Shown here: positions 1 through 10,143 of the stretch, piece by piece
Layout of the letters: every line of letters starts with the position of its first letter
How positions within the stretch are numbered: the first letter of the stretch is position 1
Origin: an uncultured Methanosarcinales archaeon
Lineage (GTDB): Archaea; Nanobdellota; Nanobdellia; Woesearchaeales; CAYPCY01
Direction: 5' to 3'
NCBI GenBank assembly: GCA_964409385.1
Contig: CAYPCY010000004.1
Span: 1-45,982, forward strand
Length of the DNA: 45,982 nt
Program-made: the position numbers and the translations under genes
Notes under the pieces: generated by a model
What the model saw: only the letters and a program-made list of their open reading frames with translations
Told to the model about the DNA's origin: nothing
Databases searched by the model: none

Positions 1-56
1 AAGAAAATAAGTCGAACATTGAAGAATAAACCACGAACTTGAAGAAAACTTTTCAA

Positions 57-842
57 TTATTGAGAATCCCAGCAAGAATCAAATAAAGATTGGAATGATT
101 TAGCAAAAAAACCAGTATTTGCCCAAACAGCAACATCATAATCAGGATGAATTGTTTTATCATCAGACAACATAAATAAAAGTTCAGACTCGTCTGTGAT
201 CAAAAATCTAGATGAAGAAGAAAGATTTTTTACAACACCAATCTTGTTTAATTCCTTAACTAAATCATCACAAGAAGAATCCAAATTAGATGCTATTTTT
301 ATTTGTACGCCTCTTTTGTTTGCTTTTTTTAATTGATATAATAATTGAGGCATTTTCCTCTTAAATCCTGAATTAGTTGTTGAAATAACAACAGAATCTT
401 TAGCTTCTTTAATCATGAACAACAAATGATTGTAAATATTATCTCTACCACGTATGCTACCAGAAATATCTGAAGGATCTATTAATTCAATACCTTGCTT
501 GTGTAATAAAGAAAGTTCAGTTATGACTTCAGAATCTTTAGCTTCATCTAATTTAACAAGTCTCGATCCCGCATCTTTATTTAATTGTTTTTTTACACGC
601 TCAATAACTTCAACAGGTTCAATAGCATTATATTTAATGGGTTTTCCTAATTTAACCATAATAAAACCTTTTTTTTCTAGGCTTTCAAGAACATCATAAC
701 TTCTACTTCTCGGAACATTAGCAATACTGCTTAGTTCTCCTGCAGTAGACGTTCCTCTAGAAAGTAATGCAACCCATAATTTGCCTTCATAAGAATTTAA
801 TCCTAGAATTTTCAATTTGTCAACAAAGTTCTTATCATGCAT
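57..842 (-). CDS. TrmB-family transcriptional regulator (N-terminal wHTH + C-terminal PLD-like effector domain)
   Basis: LGLNSYEGKLWVALL...TAGELSSIANVPRSRSYDVLESLEKKGF is the typical TrmB HTH; start placed at ATG 842 (track begins at TTG 863). Confidence 0.9.
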   Translation of the reverse strand: MHDKNFVDKLKILGLNSYEGKLWVALLSRGTSTAGELSSIANVPRSRSYDVLESLEKKGFIMVKLGKPIKYNAIEPVEVIERVKKQLNKDAGSRLVKLDEAKDSEVITELSLLHKQGIELIDPSDISGSIRGRDNIYNHLLFMIKEAKDSVVISTTNSGFKRKMPQLLYQLKKANKRGVQIKIASNLDSSCDDLVKELNKIGVVKNLSSSSRFLITDESELLFMLSDDKTIHPDYDVAVWANTGFFAKSFQSLFDSCWDSQ

Positions 843-921
843 GTTATTACTGAAAACTATCAAAATTTATAAACGTTTCCTTTAATAACTATTGTTGAGT
901 GACAAAAAATCAAGAAAGACA

Positions 922-1165
922 CCTTGGTTTCTCTTGGAAATAATAAAAATAACAAAAAATGATTCGTATTATTTTATAATATATCTCTTAAAATTATTAA
1001 ATTAATATTAATTACATTATTGAAAATAAATAAACAAAACAAACAACAATAAACAAAACAAACAAGTTCCAATGGAAATGAAGGGGTTAGTAATACTAAA
1101 CCATAGAGACTCCGTCGACGAAGAAACAAACAATAAATTATTTAAACCTCTATTTCTTTTGGAAC
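922..1165. promoter_or_regulatory. Candidate replication origin (oriC) with ORB elements
   Basis: ORB-like boxes GTTCCAATGGAAATGAAGGGG (+, 1066-1086), GTTCCAAAAGAAATAGAGG (-, 1147-1165) and TTTCCAAGAGAAACCAAGG (-, 922-940); AT-rich stretch 941-1030; directly upstream of cdc6. Confidence 0.8.
1029..1065 (+). repeat. 18-bp direct repeat x2 (AATAAACAAAACAAACAA) in origin region
   Basis: Identical copies at 1029-1046 and 1048-1065, abutting the ORB at 1066. Confidence 0.8.
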
Positions 1166-1188
1166 TTTTAGTAAAGTGGGGTGTATAA

Positions 1189-2424
1189 ATGTCAAGCAAA
1201 AAAATACTTAGTTTTTTCGAAGATTTTTTAGAAAAAGAAACACTATTCAAAAACAAAAAAATACTACAATCAACATACACACCAGAAGAAATACCCCACA
1301 GAGAAGAACAATTAGACCTAATAGCAAACATACTCGCACCAGCACTAAAAAAAGAAAAACCATCAAACCTATTTCTTTACGGAAAAACAGGAACAGGAAA
1401 AACACTATCCGTAACATATGTAACAAACCAAATGCAAGACTTAGCAGAACAAAAAAAAATACCACTAAAAATAATATATATCAATTGCAAACTAAAAAAA
1501 GTAGTAGACACAGAATACAGACTAATAGCAGAAATATCAAAAAAATTCGGAAAATTAATACCACCAACAGGCCTACCAACAGACGAAGTATACAATATAT
1601 TTTTCGAAGCACTAGATGCAGAAGAACAAAATGTCCTACTAATACTAGACGAAATAGACCAACTAGTAAAAAAATCAGGAGATGAAATAATCTATAATTT
1701 AACAAGAATAAATGCAGACTTGAAAAACGCCCAACTATCAATAATAGGAATAAGCAACAATTTATCATTCGCAAACAACCTAGATCCAAGAGTAAAAAGC
1801 TCATTAAGTGAAGAAGAACTAGTCTTCCCACCATACAACGCAATACAATTAAAAGACATACTAAAAAAAAGATCAAACGAAGCATTCAAAGAAGGAACAG
1901 TAGAAACAGGAGTAATAGAAAAATGCTCAGCATTCGCAGCAAGAGACCACGGAGACGCCAGAAGAGCACTAGAACTATTAAGAGTTGCAGGAGAATTAGC
2001 AGAAAGAGAAAACTCCGAACAAATAAAAATAAACCATTTAGATAATGCAGAAGAAAAACTAGAAAGAGACAAAGTAATAGATATTGTAGAAACACAACCA
2101 AAACAATTCCAAATAGTTCTATACTCAATAATACTACTAAACGAATTAAACAAAGTAATAATAACAGGAAAAGTATACGAAAACTACAGAAGCCTATGCG
2201 AAAAAATAGAATTAAGACCAATAACACAAAGAAGAGTATCAGACATAATATCAGAATTTGACATGCTAGGAATATTAACAGTAGATGTAGTAAGCAAAGG
2301 AAGATATGGAAGAACAAGAAACATAAACCTAGCAATAAACCCAGACCTACTAGAAAGAATAAAACAAATATTAGATGTTTCACTAGGATTCTCAAGAAAA
2401 AATGACAAAACAAGAACTGATTAA
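1189..2424 (+). CDS. cdc6: Orc1/Cdc6 replication initiator
   Basis: IPHREEQ, Walker A GKTGTGKT, Walker B LILDEID, DPRVKSSL, GDARRAL, C-terminal wH with SKGRYGRT. Confidence 0.97.
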   Translation: MSSKKILSFFEDFLEKETLFKNKKILQSTYTPEEIPHREEQLDLIANILAPALKKEKPSNLFLYGKTGTGKTLSVTYVTNQMQDLAEQKKIPLKIIYINCKLKKVVDTEYRLIAEISKKFGKLIPPTGLPTDEVYNIFFEALDAEEQNVLLILDEIDQLVKKSGDEIIYNLTRINADLKNAQLSIIGISNNLSFANNLDPRVKSSLSEEELVFPPYNAIQLKDILKKRSNEAFKEGTVETGVIEKCSAFAARDHGDARRALELLRVAGELAERENSEQIKINHLDNAEEKLERDKVIDIVETQPKQFQIVLYSIILLNELNKVIITGKVYENYRSLCEKIELRPITQRRVSDIISEFDMLGILTVDVVSKGRYGRTRNINLAINPDLLERIKQILDVSLGFSRKNDKTRTD

Positions 2425-3835
2425 CGAATTAACAAAAAAAGGATATTTAGTAAGTCCTGAAATAATCATAGATTTAGAAAAAGTTGAAGCAATAGACATA
2501 GAACCAACAGAAAAATTAACCATTTTAACAAAAGAAATATTAAAAAAAACAAACATAAAATGGAAACAAGAACACACAAAAAACCCAGTAATAATAAAAA
2601 AAAACTACACAAAAATACAAGAAAAAAAAGACATGAATTCTTTCATAGAATACTATAATTCAAGATTCGCATATTTTGAAAACATTCTAAAAACAAGAAA
2701 CGAATTAAACAATCTAACATCAATCTCCAGAGCAAAAACATCCACTTCCCAAGAAATGTCCCTAATAGGAATGGTCTTAGAAAAACAAGAAACAAAAAAT
2801 AACAACATAATATTAACAATAGAAGACCAAAAAGAAAAAATAAAAATAATAATAGGGAAAAAAAACAGAGAATTACACGAAAAAGGAAAAGACATAGTAC
2901 TAGATGAAGTAATAGGAATAAAAGGAGTAACAGGAAAAAAAGTATTATTCGCAAAAGAAATAATCCTTCCAGAAGTACCAAATGAAGAAATAAAAAAAAC
3001 AACAGAAGACATACACCTAGCCTGTATAGGAGATATTCACTTCGGATCAAAACTTTTCATGAAAGAAGAATTCACAAAATTAATTTCTTGGTTTAGAGGA
3101 GAACAAGGAACAGAAGAACAAAAAAAACTAGCCGAAAAAACAAAATATATAGTACTAACAGGAGATATAATAGAAGGCGCAGGAATTTATCCAGGACAAG
3201 AAGAAGACCTAATACTCAAAAACCTAAAAGAACAATATAATTTAGCATATTATTATTTAAGTCAAATACCAAAAGATAAAAAAATAATAATTTTCCCAGG
3301 AAATCACGATTCAGGAAGATTAGCAGAACCACAAAATCCAATCTCAAAAGAATACGGAGAAAAACTATACGAACTAACAAACCTAACAAGTGTTTCAAAC
3401 CCCTCAACAGTAAACATAGCACAAACGAAAGATTTTGAAGGATTCGACCTCCTCCTATACCATGGATATTCATTCATACACTACTCAAACATAATAGAAA
3501 GAATAAGAGAAAAAGGAGGAATGGACAGAGCAGACCTAATAATGAAATTCTTACTGCAAAGAAGACATTTAGCGCCAGTCCACGAATCAAACCAATTCAT
3601 ACCCGACAAAGAATTTGATAATTTAATAATAGACATAATTCCAGACTTTTTCATAACAGGACACATACACAAAATGTCAATATCACAATATAAAAAAACA
3701 ACAATGATAAACGCATCTTGCTGGGCAAAACAATCAGAATTTCAAGAAAAAAACGGAGTCATACCACAACCAGCAAAATTACCACTTATAAATTTGAAAA
3801 CAAGAGAAGTAAAAGTACTAAATTTTGAAACATGA
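2402..3835 (+). CDS. polB: DNA polymerase D small (proofreading) subunit DP1
   Basis: OB fold followed by calcineurin-like phosphoesterase motifs GDIHFGS, GDIIEG, PGNHD, YHG, RRHLAP, TGHIH; lies between cdc6 and DP2. Confidence 0.95.
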   Translation: MTKQELINELTKKGYLVSPEIIIDLEKVEAIDIEPTEKLTILTKEILKKTNIKWKQEHTKNPVIIKKNYTKIQEKKDMNSFIEYYNSRFAYFENILKTRNELNNLTSISRAKTSTSQEMSLIGMVLEKQETKNNNIILTIEDQKEKIKIIIGKKNRELHEKGKDIVLDEVIGIKGVTGKKVLFAKEIILPEVPNEEIKKTTEDIHLACIGDIHFGSKLFMKEEFTKLISWFRGEQGTEEQKKLAEKTKYIVLTGDIIEGAGIYPGQEEDLILKNLKEQYNLAYYYLSQIPKDKKIIIFPGNHDSGRLAEPQNPISKEYGEKLYELTNLTSVSNPSTVNIAQTKDFEGFDLLLYHGYSFIHYSNIIERIREKGGMDRADLIMKFLLQRRHLAPVHESNQFIPDKEFDNLIIDIIPDFFITGHIHKMSISQYKKTTMINASCWAKQSEFQEKNGVIPQPAKLPLINLKTREVKVLNFET

Positions 3836-6800
3836 AAGAATACTTCAAAAAATTAGATAAGGATGCAAAACAAATATACCAAGTAGCAGTCCAAGCAAGA
3901 AAAAAAGGAATAGACCCAACAAGAACAGTAGAAATAACCCTTGCAAAAAATATGGCAGAAAGAGTTATTGGAATGATTTCAATAGTCGCGCCAGAAATTA
4001 AAAATTCGAAAGCGACAGAAAGAATAATAGACTTAGAAAAAGAACACGGAATTCTAGACTGGAAAGTTGCATTATTAATAGCCAAAGAAGTAGCTCAAGA
4101 AAAATTTTGCAAGTTCAAAAGTAAAAAAGAAGCAATAGAAATAGGAATAAGAACAGGATTCTCATATGTAACTGTAGGTGTTGTAAGTAGTCCATTAGAA
4201 GGATTCACAGGATTAGAAATAAAAAAAAGAAGAGACAACAAAGGAGAATACTTTTGTTTAAACTATGCAGGACCAATAAGAAATGCAGGAGGAACAGCAG
4301 CAGCAGTTTCAGCAATAATAGCAGATTACATAAGAAAAGAATTAGGATATTCAGAATATGACCCAACAGAAAAAGAAATAAAAAGATGTTATACAGAAAT
4401 AACAGATTATCACGAAAGAATAACCAACCTACAATATTTCCCCTCACAAAAAGAAACAGAATTTTTAATGAGTAATCTCCCAATAGAAATATCAGGAGAT
4501 GAAAGCGAAAAATTTGAAGTTAGTAATTATAAAGATCTTCCAAGAATAAGACAAAATAGATTAAGAAGTGGATATTGTTTAATGCACAGTTCATGCATCC
4601 CACTAAAAGCGCCAAAATTATGGAAACAACTAAATGATTGGGGCAAAGAATTCAACATGACCCACTGGAATTTCTTAGAAGAATTCATAAAAATACAAAA
4701 AGACTCACAAGCAAAAGGCGAAGAAAAAAAAGAAAAAATAAGTCCAAACCACACATACATAAAAGACATAGTTGCAGGAAGACCCGTAATAGGATATCCT
4801 ATGAGACCAGGAGGATTCCGACTAAGATATGGAAGAGGAAGATTTTCAGGATTTTCAGCACAAGCAATACATCCAGCAACAATGCAAGTCCTAGGAAATT
4901 TTGTGGCAACCGCAACACAATTAAAAGTTGAAAGACCAGGAAAAGCAGCAGCAATAACAGTTTGTGATAGCATAGATGGACCAATAGTAAAACTAAAAAA
5001 TGGAAGTGTAAAATTTTTAGAAACAGAAAAAATAGCAAAAGAATACAAAAAAGAAATTAAAGAAATATTATTCCTCGGAGATATTCTGATAAATTACGGA
5101 GATTTTCTCAACAGAGCACACGCACTAGTCCCCCCAGGATATTGTCCAGAATGGTGGATTCTAGAATTCGAAAAGAAAATAATAAACCTATTTGGAAATT
5201 TAGACTATGAAAAAACATCAGAAATAGTAAACATAGATGAAGAATCCTTAAAAATATTATTTCAAAAACCACTAAAAACAAAAATTTCTCCAAAAGCAGC
5301 ACTAAGAATATCATCAACGATGAACATCCCACTACATCCAAGATATACAAGATACTGGACACTAATAAACCTAACAGAACTAAAAAATTTAGTTGGGTGG
5401 TTATTAACAGGAAAACAAGAAGACGGAAAAATAATCCTTAACAATTCCGAAGACAAAAAAATATTGGAAAAAATAGGACTTCCACACAACCTAATAAATA
5501 AAGAAAAAATAATTATTGAAAAAAACCAAACATTAACAATATTAGCAACACTAGGCTGTTTAGAATTTGAAGATTTAGAAACAACCTTGAAAAAATTAAA
5601 AAAAGAACAAGAAGATAATATTCTGAAAATAATTAATAAACTTTCACTAATAGAAATAAGAGATAAAGCAGGAGTATTCATAGGTTCAAGAATGGGACGT
5701 CCAGAAAAGTCAAAAATGAGAAAAATGACAGGAAGCCCACACTCACTATTTCCAGTAGGAGAAGCAGGAGGAAGATTAAGAAGTTTTCAAGCAGCATTAG
5801 AAAAAGGACAAATAAAAACACCCATTTCAATATTTAACTGCAAAAAATGCGATGAAAAAACAGTATACTCCTCCTGTCCAGAATGCAATAATGAAACAGA
5901 AAGAATCTATTTTTGTAGTTCTTGCGGAGAAATAAACGAGAAAAAATGCAAAATACATGGAACAACAACACCATACAAAATAATAGATGTAGACATAAAA
6001 AAACACTTCAAACAAACCCTAAAATTATTAGGCGAAAAAGTTTATCCAGACTTAATAAAAGGAGTTAGAGGAACAACCAATGAAGAACACATACCAGAAC
6101 ATTTAAGCAAAGGAATCCTAAGAGCAAAACACAACATTTACGTAAATAAAGACGGAACAACCAGATATGATTGTTCAGAAGTTCCAATCACACATTTCAA
6201 ACCAAAAGAACTTTTTGTACCAATAGAAAAACTAAAAAAACTAGGTTATAAAAAAGACATAAACGGAAAAGAATTAGTACAAAACAATCAAATTTTAGAA
6301 TTAAAACCACAAGATATAATTCTACCTTGTCCAACAAACACAATAGACGAACCAGGTGATGAAGTCTTATTCAGAACAACAAAATTTTTGGACGAACTAC
6401 TAGTAAAAGCATACAAAATGAAACCATACTATAACTTAAAAACAAAAGAAGACCTTGTAGGACATTATGTTATAGGCCTGGCACCACACACATCAGCAGG
6501 AACACTAGCAAGAATAATAGGCTTTTCAAGAACTCAAGGTTTATTCGCACATCCACTACTACATGCAGCAATGAGGAGAGATTGCTTCACTTATGAGTCA
6601 AGAATACCAATAAAAAAAGGAAACAACTGGCGTTTAAGAAAAATAGGTTCTGTCGTTGAAGAATTAAATCCAACACAAATCGTAGATTCTTTCGAAACCA
6701 AAGAAATAAAGGTCAACAACTATAAAACTTTAGGAATAGTAGATGGAAAAGTGGAAGAAGTTGACATCAATAATTTTACAAAACATAAACCCCAAAAAAC

Positions 6801-8724
6801 AATACAAATAAAAACAAACTTAGGGAGGGAAATAGAAACAACAGAAGAACATAAACACATAACTAAAAATAATAAGATTATAAAAGCAAGAAACTTAAAA
6901 AAAGGATATTTGTTAAAAATCCCTTATAAAATAAAAATTAAGAAAAAAAACATCAAAAAAATTGATTTAATCGATTTATTTAAAGAAGAAGATTGGGGAA
7001 TGGTTCAAGGTTTAAAAAAAGAAGTTTCTGATTTTAAAAAAATACTCAAACAATACACACATAAAAACACCCACAATTATTATTCAAGAGATTCAACACC
7101 CATAAAAATAGCAAGTAAAATAATAAAAAAATACAAACTCGACAAGACAAAATTAACAATTAGTGCAAAAAGAGACAAAATCAAACTAAACCCAATAATT
7201 AAGGTAAATAAAAAATTCTTAAACATGTTGGGTTTGTATGTGGCCGAAGGATTTTCCAGGTGTAAACGAACAGGAAAAGGATACTATCAAGTTTATATTT
7301 CCGCAGAAAAAAAAGAAATCAGACGTTTCATAAAAAATCATTTTAAAACATTAGGCTTAAAACCAACAGAAAGAAAAACAGACAGGATAACATTCTCAAG
7401 TAGACTTCTTTACGAATTATTCATAAACAAGTTAAAAATGGGCTCGAACGCGCACGAAAAAAGAATGCCACAACAATTTTTAAACGCGACAAATAAACAA
7501 ATAGGCCATTTATTATCAGGATATCTGGAGGGAGATGGCTCGGTTTCAAAGACAGATCTCAGAATTTGTTTTGATACCGTCTCGAAAGGGCTTTTAAAAG
7601 ACATTGATTTCTTGTTTGCCCAACTACATATTTTTGTCAAAAACAAAACCTACACTAAACAACCCGGACAAAAATTAAAAGATTTTTATCTGAAAAAAAA
7701 CAAGCAAATTCCGGAATTCACAATAACTAAAGGAATTATACAAAGCAAGTTTGTTAAAAAAGCGAGCAAATACATTGTTTTTCTAAGTAGAAAAAAACAA
7801 AACATCTTAAATTATTTGGTCAGAAATAAAACTTTTCGAAATTTATTTCTTGAATATGACGATGAATTTTTCTTTGATGAAATAATTAGTGTAAAAACAG
7901 GAAGGAAAAAACCAAGTTATTGTCTGAATGTTCCTGGAAATAAGGTTGTTGTAAACAATATTTTAACAAAACAATGCGATGGTGATGAATCTTGTGTATT
8001 ATTACTACTAGACGCCTTCCTAAACTTTTCACAAAAATACTTGCCAAAAAAAAGAGGATCAACAATGGACGCACCAATAGTATTAACCTCAGCACTTAAT
8101 CCAGCAGAAGTAGACGATATGGTTTTTGACATGGACATAGCAACAAATTATAACTTAAACTTTTACAAAGCATGCAAAGAATACAAAATGCCATGGGACG
8201 TGAAAGTAGACAAAGTAGGAGATCATTTAGACGATGAAAAAAAATACAAAAATTACGGGTTCACCCACCCCACAGACAACATAAACGACGGCGTTCTTTG
8301 TAGTGTATACAAAACACTTCCAACAATGGAAGAAAAACTAAAAGGCCAAATGGAACTAGCAGAAAAAATAAGGGCAGTAGACACGTCAGGCGTTGCAAAA
8401 CTAGTAATAGAAAAACATTTTATAAAAGACATAAGAGGCAATTTAAGAAAGTTTTCACAACAACAATTCAGATGTGTAAAATGCAATGAAAAATTTCGAA
8501 GACCCCCCCTTTCAGGAATATGCACAAACTGCACAGGCAAAATAATTTTTACAATATCAGAAGGATCAGTAATAAAATATTTAGAACCTAGTTTAAGCCT
8601 AGCAAAAAATTACGAATTAGACGATTATATAATGCAAACATTAAACTTAACAAAACAAATGATAGAAGAAGTTTTTGGAAAAGACAAAGAAAAACAAGCA
8701 GGCCTGGGAGACTGGTTCGCATGA
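3832..8724 (+). CDS. polC: DNA polymerase D large subunit DP2 (intein-containing precursor)
   Basis: YAGPIRNAGGT, GFRLRYGR, GSRMGRPEK, GLAPHTSAG, RRD|CDGDE catalytic motif split by an intein, C-terminal Zn finger and PIP-like QAGLGDWF. Confidence 0.97.
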   Translation: MKEYFKKLDKDAKQIYQVAVQARKKGIDPTRTVEITLAKNMAERVIGMISIVAPEIKNSKATERIIDLEKEHGILDWKVALLIAKEVAQEKFCKFKSKKEAIEIGIRTGFSYVTVGVVSSPLEGFTGLEIKKRRDNKGEYFCLNYAGPIRNAGGTAAAVSAIIADYIRKELGYSEYDPTEKEIKRCYTEITDYHERITNLQYFPSQKETEFLMSNLPIEISGDESEKFEVSNYKDLPRIRQNRLRSGYCLMHSSCIPLKAPKLWKQLNDWGKEFNMTHWNFLEEFIKIQKDSQAKGEEKKEKISPNHTYIKDIVAGRPVIGYPMRPGGFRLRYGRGRFSGFSAQAIHPATMQVLGNFVATATQLKVERPGKAAAITVCDSIDGPIVKLKNGSVKFLETEKIAKEYKKEIKEILFLGDILINYGDFLNRAHALVPPGYCPEWWILEFEKKIINLFGNLDYEKTSEIVNIDEESLKILFQKPLKTKISPKAALRISSTMNIPLHPRYTRYWTLINLTELKNLVGWLLTGKQEDGKIILNNSEDKKILEKIGLPHNLINKEKIIIEKNQTLTILATLGCLEFEDLETTLKKLKKEQEDNILKIINKLSLIEIRDKAGVFIGSRMGRPEKSKMRKMTGSPHSLFPVGEAGGRLRSFQAALEKGQIKTPISIFNCKKCDEKTVYSSCPECNNETERIYFCSSCGEINEKKCKIHGTTTPYKIIDVDIKKHFKQTLKLLGEKVYPDLIKGVRGTTNEEHIPEHLSKGILRAKHNIYVNKDGTTRYDCSEVPITHFKPKELFVPIEKLKKLGYKKDINGKELVQNNQILELKPQDIILPCPTNTIDEPGDEVLFRTTKFLDELLVKAYKMKPYYNLKTKEDLVGHYVIGLAPHTSAGTLARIIGFSRTQGLFAHPLLHAAMRRDCFTYESRIPIKKGNNWRLRKIGSVVEELNPTQIVDSFETKEIKVNNYKTLGIVDGKVEEVDINNFTKHKPQKTIQIKTNLGREIETTEEHKHITKNNKIIKARNLKKGYLLKIPYKIKIKKKNIKKIDLIDLFKEEDWGMVQGLKKEVSDFKKILKQYTHKNTHNYYSRDSTPIKIASKIIKKYKLDKTKLTISAKRDKIKLNPIIKVNKKFLNMLGLYVAEGFSRCKRTGKGYYQVYISAEKKEIRRFIKNHFKTLGLKPTERKTDRITFSSRLLYELFINKLKMGSNAHEKRMPQQFLNATNKQIGHLLSGYLEGDGSVSKTDLRICFDTVSKGLLKDIDFLFAQLHIFVKNKTYTKQPGQKLKDFYLKKNKQIPEFTITKGIIQSKFVKKASKYIVFLSRKKQNILNYLVRNKTFRNLFLEYDDEFFFDEIISVKTGRKKPSYCLNVPGNKVVVNNILTKQCDGDESCVLLLLDAFLNFSQKYLPKKRGSTMDAPIVLTSALNPAEVDDMVFDMDIATNYNLNFYKACKEYKMPWDVKVDKVGDHLDDEKKYKNYGFTHPTDNINDGVLCSVYKTLPTMEEKLKGQMELAEKIRAVDTSGVAKLVIEKHFIKDIRGNLRKFSQQQFRCVKCNEKFRRPPLSGICTNCTGKIIFTISEGSVIKYLEPSLSLAKNYELDDYIMQTLNLTKQMIEEVFGKDKEKQAGLGDWFA
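6583..7974 (+). mobile_element. Intein with LAGLIDADG homing endonuclease in DP2 (464 aa)
   Basis: Starts CFTYES after AMRRD; block B TEEH; LAGLIDADG motifs LGLYVAEG and LSGYLEGDGS; ends NNILTKQ before extein CDGDE. Confidence 0.95.
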
Positions 8725-8834
8725 TAGGAAAAATAATAAAATACATAATATACTTTTTAATAATATCAGCAATATTCTACTTCATAAATCAATTTGTCGG
8801 GTTAGATTTTTCAACAAGTAACATATTAAAATAA
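8721..8834 (+). CDS. Putative 37-aa single-pass membrane peptide (MIGKIIKYIIYFLIISAIFYFINQFVGLDFSTSNILK)
   Basis: ATGA overlap with the DP2 stop; basic N-terminus plus a hydrophobic helix; below the ORF-track cut-off. Confidence 0.5.
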   Translation: MIGKIIKYIIYFLIISAIFYFINQFVGLDFSTSNILK

Positions 8835-8884
8835 CCACAACGTTTAAATATGTGGAAGTCCTTTCAAACAAAAGGTGGTAGTTA

Positions 8885-9148
8885 ATGAGTGAAGAAGAAA
8901 AAAAGTTCTCAAAACAATTAATTGGAAAGACAGTAGTTTCAAAATCAGGAAAGAGATTTGGAGAAGTAGGAGACATAACTTTTGAAACAAGATCTGGAGA
9001 ATTAATTAATATAATTCTTTCAAGCCCAACACCATATACTGAAAAAATGGAATTAGAAAAAAACAAAGAAGGAAAAATCTTAATTCCCTTCAGTGCAGTA
9101 ATGGCAATGGGAGATTTCATGGTTATTGCAGAAGAAGACATAGTATAG
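8885..9148 (+). CDS. PRC-barrel domain protein (CdpB-like cell-division candidate)
   Basis: SKQLIGKTVVSKSGKRFGEVGDITFETRSGEL...IPFSAVMAMGDFMVI is a PRC-barrel pattern; SD AGGTGG upstream. Confidence 0.85.
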   Translation: MSEEEKKFSKQLIGKTVVSKSGKRFGEVGDITFETRSGELINIILSSPTPYTEKMELEKNKEGKILIPFSAVMAMGDFMVIAEEDIV

Positions 9149-9179
9149 TTTTATAAAATAATATTCCTTTCTTAAAATC

Positions 9180-10124
9180 ATGAGTGAAATCTGGACTGAA
9201 AAGTATAGACCAAAGACAATTTCTGAAATAAAAGGACAGAAAACAATAGTAGAAAGAGCAAAATCATTTGTAAAAAAACAAAATTTGCCACATTTACTAT
9301 TTGCAGGACCTCCAGGAACAGGAAAAACAACACTATCCCTAGCAATATCCAGAGAATTATTTGGAAAAGAACGAAAAGGAAACTTTCTAGAATTAAACGC
9401 ATCAGACGAAAGGGGAATAGATGTCATAAGAGTAAAAGTTAAAGATTTTGCAAGAACAAAATCCTTAAGTGAAATACCCTTCAAAATAATATACTTGGAC
9501 GAGTCAGACGCACTAACAAGAGAAGCACAACAAGCATTAAGAAGAACAATGGAGAAATACTCCCAAACATGCAGATTTATTTTAAGTTGCAATTATAGCA
9601 GTAAAATAATAGAGCCAATACAAAGCAGATGTACAGTATTCAGGTTTAAACCAGTAGAAAATAACCAATTAGAAGAATTAATAAAAGAAATCGCCAGAAA
9701 TGAAAATTTTCAAATAGACAATGACGCAATAAAAATATCAATTGAATTATCAGAAGGTGACGTCAGAAAACTAGAAAATTTATTACAAGCAAGCACAATG
9801 TCAAATAAGAACATAACAAAAGAAGTATTATATGAAATTTCAACACAAGCCAGTCCTGAAAAAATAAAAGAAATATTAATTAAAGCAATAAATAAAGAAT
9901 TTGTAGAAGCAAAAAAACTAATGTTCAAAACAATCCTAGAAGATGGTCTTTCAGGAATTGACTTCATCAAACAATTAACAAAAGAAATTTGGAATTTAGA
10001 TATAGAAAATAATAAAAAGCTTAAGATAATAGAAAGTGCAGGAGAGATAGAATTCAGAATAGTAGAAGGAAGCGATGAACAAATCCAACTCGCCGCGTTA
10101 ATGGCAAAAATTTCAAGTTTATAA
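9180..10124 (+). CDS. rfcS: Replication factor C small subunit
   Basis: WTEKYRP, GPPGTGKTT, LELNASDERGIDVIR, LDESDALT, SRC motif; no intein. Confidence 0.97.
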   Translation: MSEIWTEKYRPKTISEIKGQKTIVERAKSFVKKQNLPHLLFAGPPGTGKTTLSLAISRELFGKERKGNFLELNASDERGIDVIRVKVKDFARTKSLSEIPFKIIYLDESDALTREAQQALRRTMEKYSQTCRFILSCNYSSKIIEPIQSRCTVFRFKPVENNQLEELIKEIARNENFQIDNDAIKISIELSEGDVRKLENLLQASTMSNKNITKEVLYEISTQASPEKIKEILIKAINKEFVEAKKLMFKTILEDGLSGIDFIKQLTKEIWNLDIENNKKLKIIESAGEIEFRIVEGSDEQIQLAALMAKISSL

Positions 10125-10143
10125 AAATAACAAACCAAAAAAC

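Noticed and set aside
1029..1065. Possible CRISPR-like repeat
   Set aside because: Only two low-complexity copies separated by 1 bp; no spacers and no cas genes
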